Shown in pieces: positions 62,997-64,000 of a stretch of DNA of 64,000 bases; position 1 is the first letter of the stretch; every line of letters begins with the position of its first letter. The translations under genes and the position numbers were made by a program. The notes beneath the pieces were generated by a model. That model saw nothing but the letters and a program-made list of their open reading frames with translations. It was not told the DNA's origin and made no database searches. The stretch lies in IMG/VR virus record IMGVR_UViG_3300023235_000008, positions 124,001 through 188,000 of that record; one strand, 5' to 3'.

Positions 62997-63613
62997 ATGA
63001 ACACATGTAAAATATGCAATACACAGTTTATCAATAAACCTAAAACAACAGGTCTATACTGTTCAATCTCCTGTGGAAATCGCAGTAGAGGAAATAAACT
63101 AAGAGAACAAAATAAGACAATCTATGTTCCGTCATCTTGCAAACGCTGCGGTGATGACATTCCATATGAAAAAAGACGCAACACATTTTGCTCTAGTAAA
63201 TGTGCTGCTACAGGAAATACAAACAGAAGGTATCTTCATACATCATATGCAAAGAATGCAACGAGGCATACAAACCAAGACATTCGGTTTCATACTTTTG
63301 TAGCAAGGCATGTGAGATTGAGAATAGGCGAGGGGCTACTGAAAAGAAAATTAAAAAAGGGGCAGTCAGAGGTCGCCCGACATTAAAAAGATATCTTCTA
63401 CGAAAGAATGGACACTGCTGTGAAATGTGCAACGGGACGGAATGGATGGGCGAACCTATTCCACTCGAACTTGACCATATTAATGGCGATGCGGGTAACA
63501 ATATGCCCGACAACTTGCGATTATTATGCCCTAACTGCCATACTATAACACCATACTCAAATGGAAAAAATAGAGGCAATGGTAGAAAATCTCGTGGTGT
63601 CCCGCTAAACTAA
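62997..63613 (+). pseudogene. HNH homing-endonuclease-like gene split by a frameshift near 63220-63240
   Basis: CxxC/FCSxxC repeats in frame 1 continue in frame 2 into LELDHINGD…NLRLLCPNCH. Confidence 0.75.
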
Positions 63614-63617
63614 TAAA

Positions 63618-63692
63618 GCCTCGGTAGCTCAATGGTAGAGCGATGGTGTGAAGTACCATGCGTAGGGAGTTCGATTCTCTTTCGAGGCACCA
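63618..63692 (+). tRNA. tRNA-Phe(GAA)
   Basis: GCCTCGG/TCGAGGC-ACCA; loop GTGAAGT. Confidence 0.9.
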
Positions 63693-63714
63693 TTTCAAAA
63701 CTATGTTCTTAGGT

Positions 63715-63787
63715 GTGGTCGAAGGCAAACTGGTGAGCCGACAGATTGTGGTTCTGTTGTTATTGGATTCGAGTTCCAGCGGCCACC
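63715..63787 (+). tRNA. tRNA-His(GTG)
   Basis: GTGGTCG/CGGCCAC-C; ACAGA-TTGTGGT-TCTGT. Confidence 0.85.
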
Positions 63788-63802
63788 CCTAATAACATAT
63801 AT

Positions 63803-63879
63803 GCATAGGTGGCGGAAATAGGTACGCACAAGATTGCAAATCTTGACAGATGCTGGTGCAAGTCCAGTCCTATGCTCCA
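63803..63879 (+). tRNA. tRNA-Cys(GCA)
   Basis: GCATAGG/CCTATGC-TCCA; CAAGA-TTGCAAA-TCTTG. Confidence 0.9.
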
Positions 63880-63928
63880 AAAATTTATCTTGTTGCCGGA
63901 ACTGGTATACTTGGTATAATAATAATAA

Positions 63929-64000
63929 GGGTATGTAGCTCAAAGGAAGAGCGCCGCTCTGTCGAAGCGGAGGTTGGGATATCGTAATTCCTCATACTCG
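63929..64000 (+). tRNA. tRNA-Asp(GTC), at the window edge
   Basis: GGGTATG/CATACTC-G; CCGCT-CTGTCGA-AGCGG. Confidence 0.85.

Overview
64 kb of an AT-rich, myovirus-like jumbo phage genome using the standard genetic code. Four blocks are visible. (1) 1-10 kb, + strand: small early genes, a vWA/HExxH protein, lipoproteins and sugar/sulfate enzymes (APS-kinase-like, epimerase, DegT aminotransferase). (2) 10-29.8 kb, - strand: a glycan-modification operon with 4 glycosyltransferase-like genes, a carbamoyltransferase, an SGNH protein, five radical SAM enzymes and a collapsed sixth. (3) 29.9-50 kb, - strand: a baseplate/tail module including a 4367-aa protein. (4) 50-64 kb, + strand: a translation-rescue region with an ArfA homolog missed by the ORF track, an L7/L12-CTD-like protein, split RNA-repair enzymes, YqeY and a tRNA/ncRNA array. 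Two candidate undescribed systems stand out. (a) About 20 translationally coupled microgenes share a short [DE]-K-x-x-F-W-x-x-L tag fused to unrelated payloads: CxxC...W-x-W mini-domains and apparent fragments of capsid and tail-fibre proteins. They fill the gene junctions of the operon and several are visibly decaying. (b) A 64-codon leader ORF containing all 20 amino acids, with a terminator/antiterminator pair, sits directly ahead of the tRNA array and looks like a ribosome-stalling attenuator that senses tRNA loss. All family assignments come from reading motifs by eye; no searches were run.
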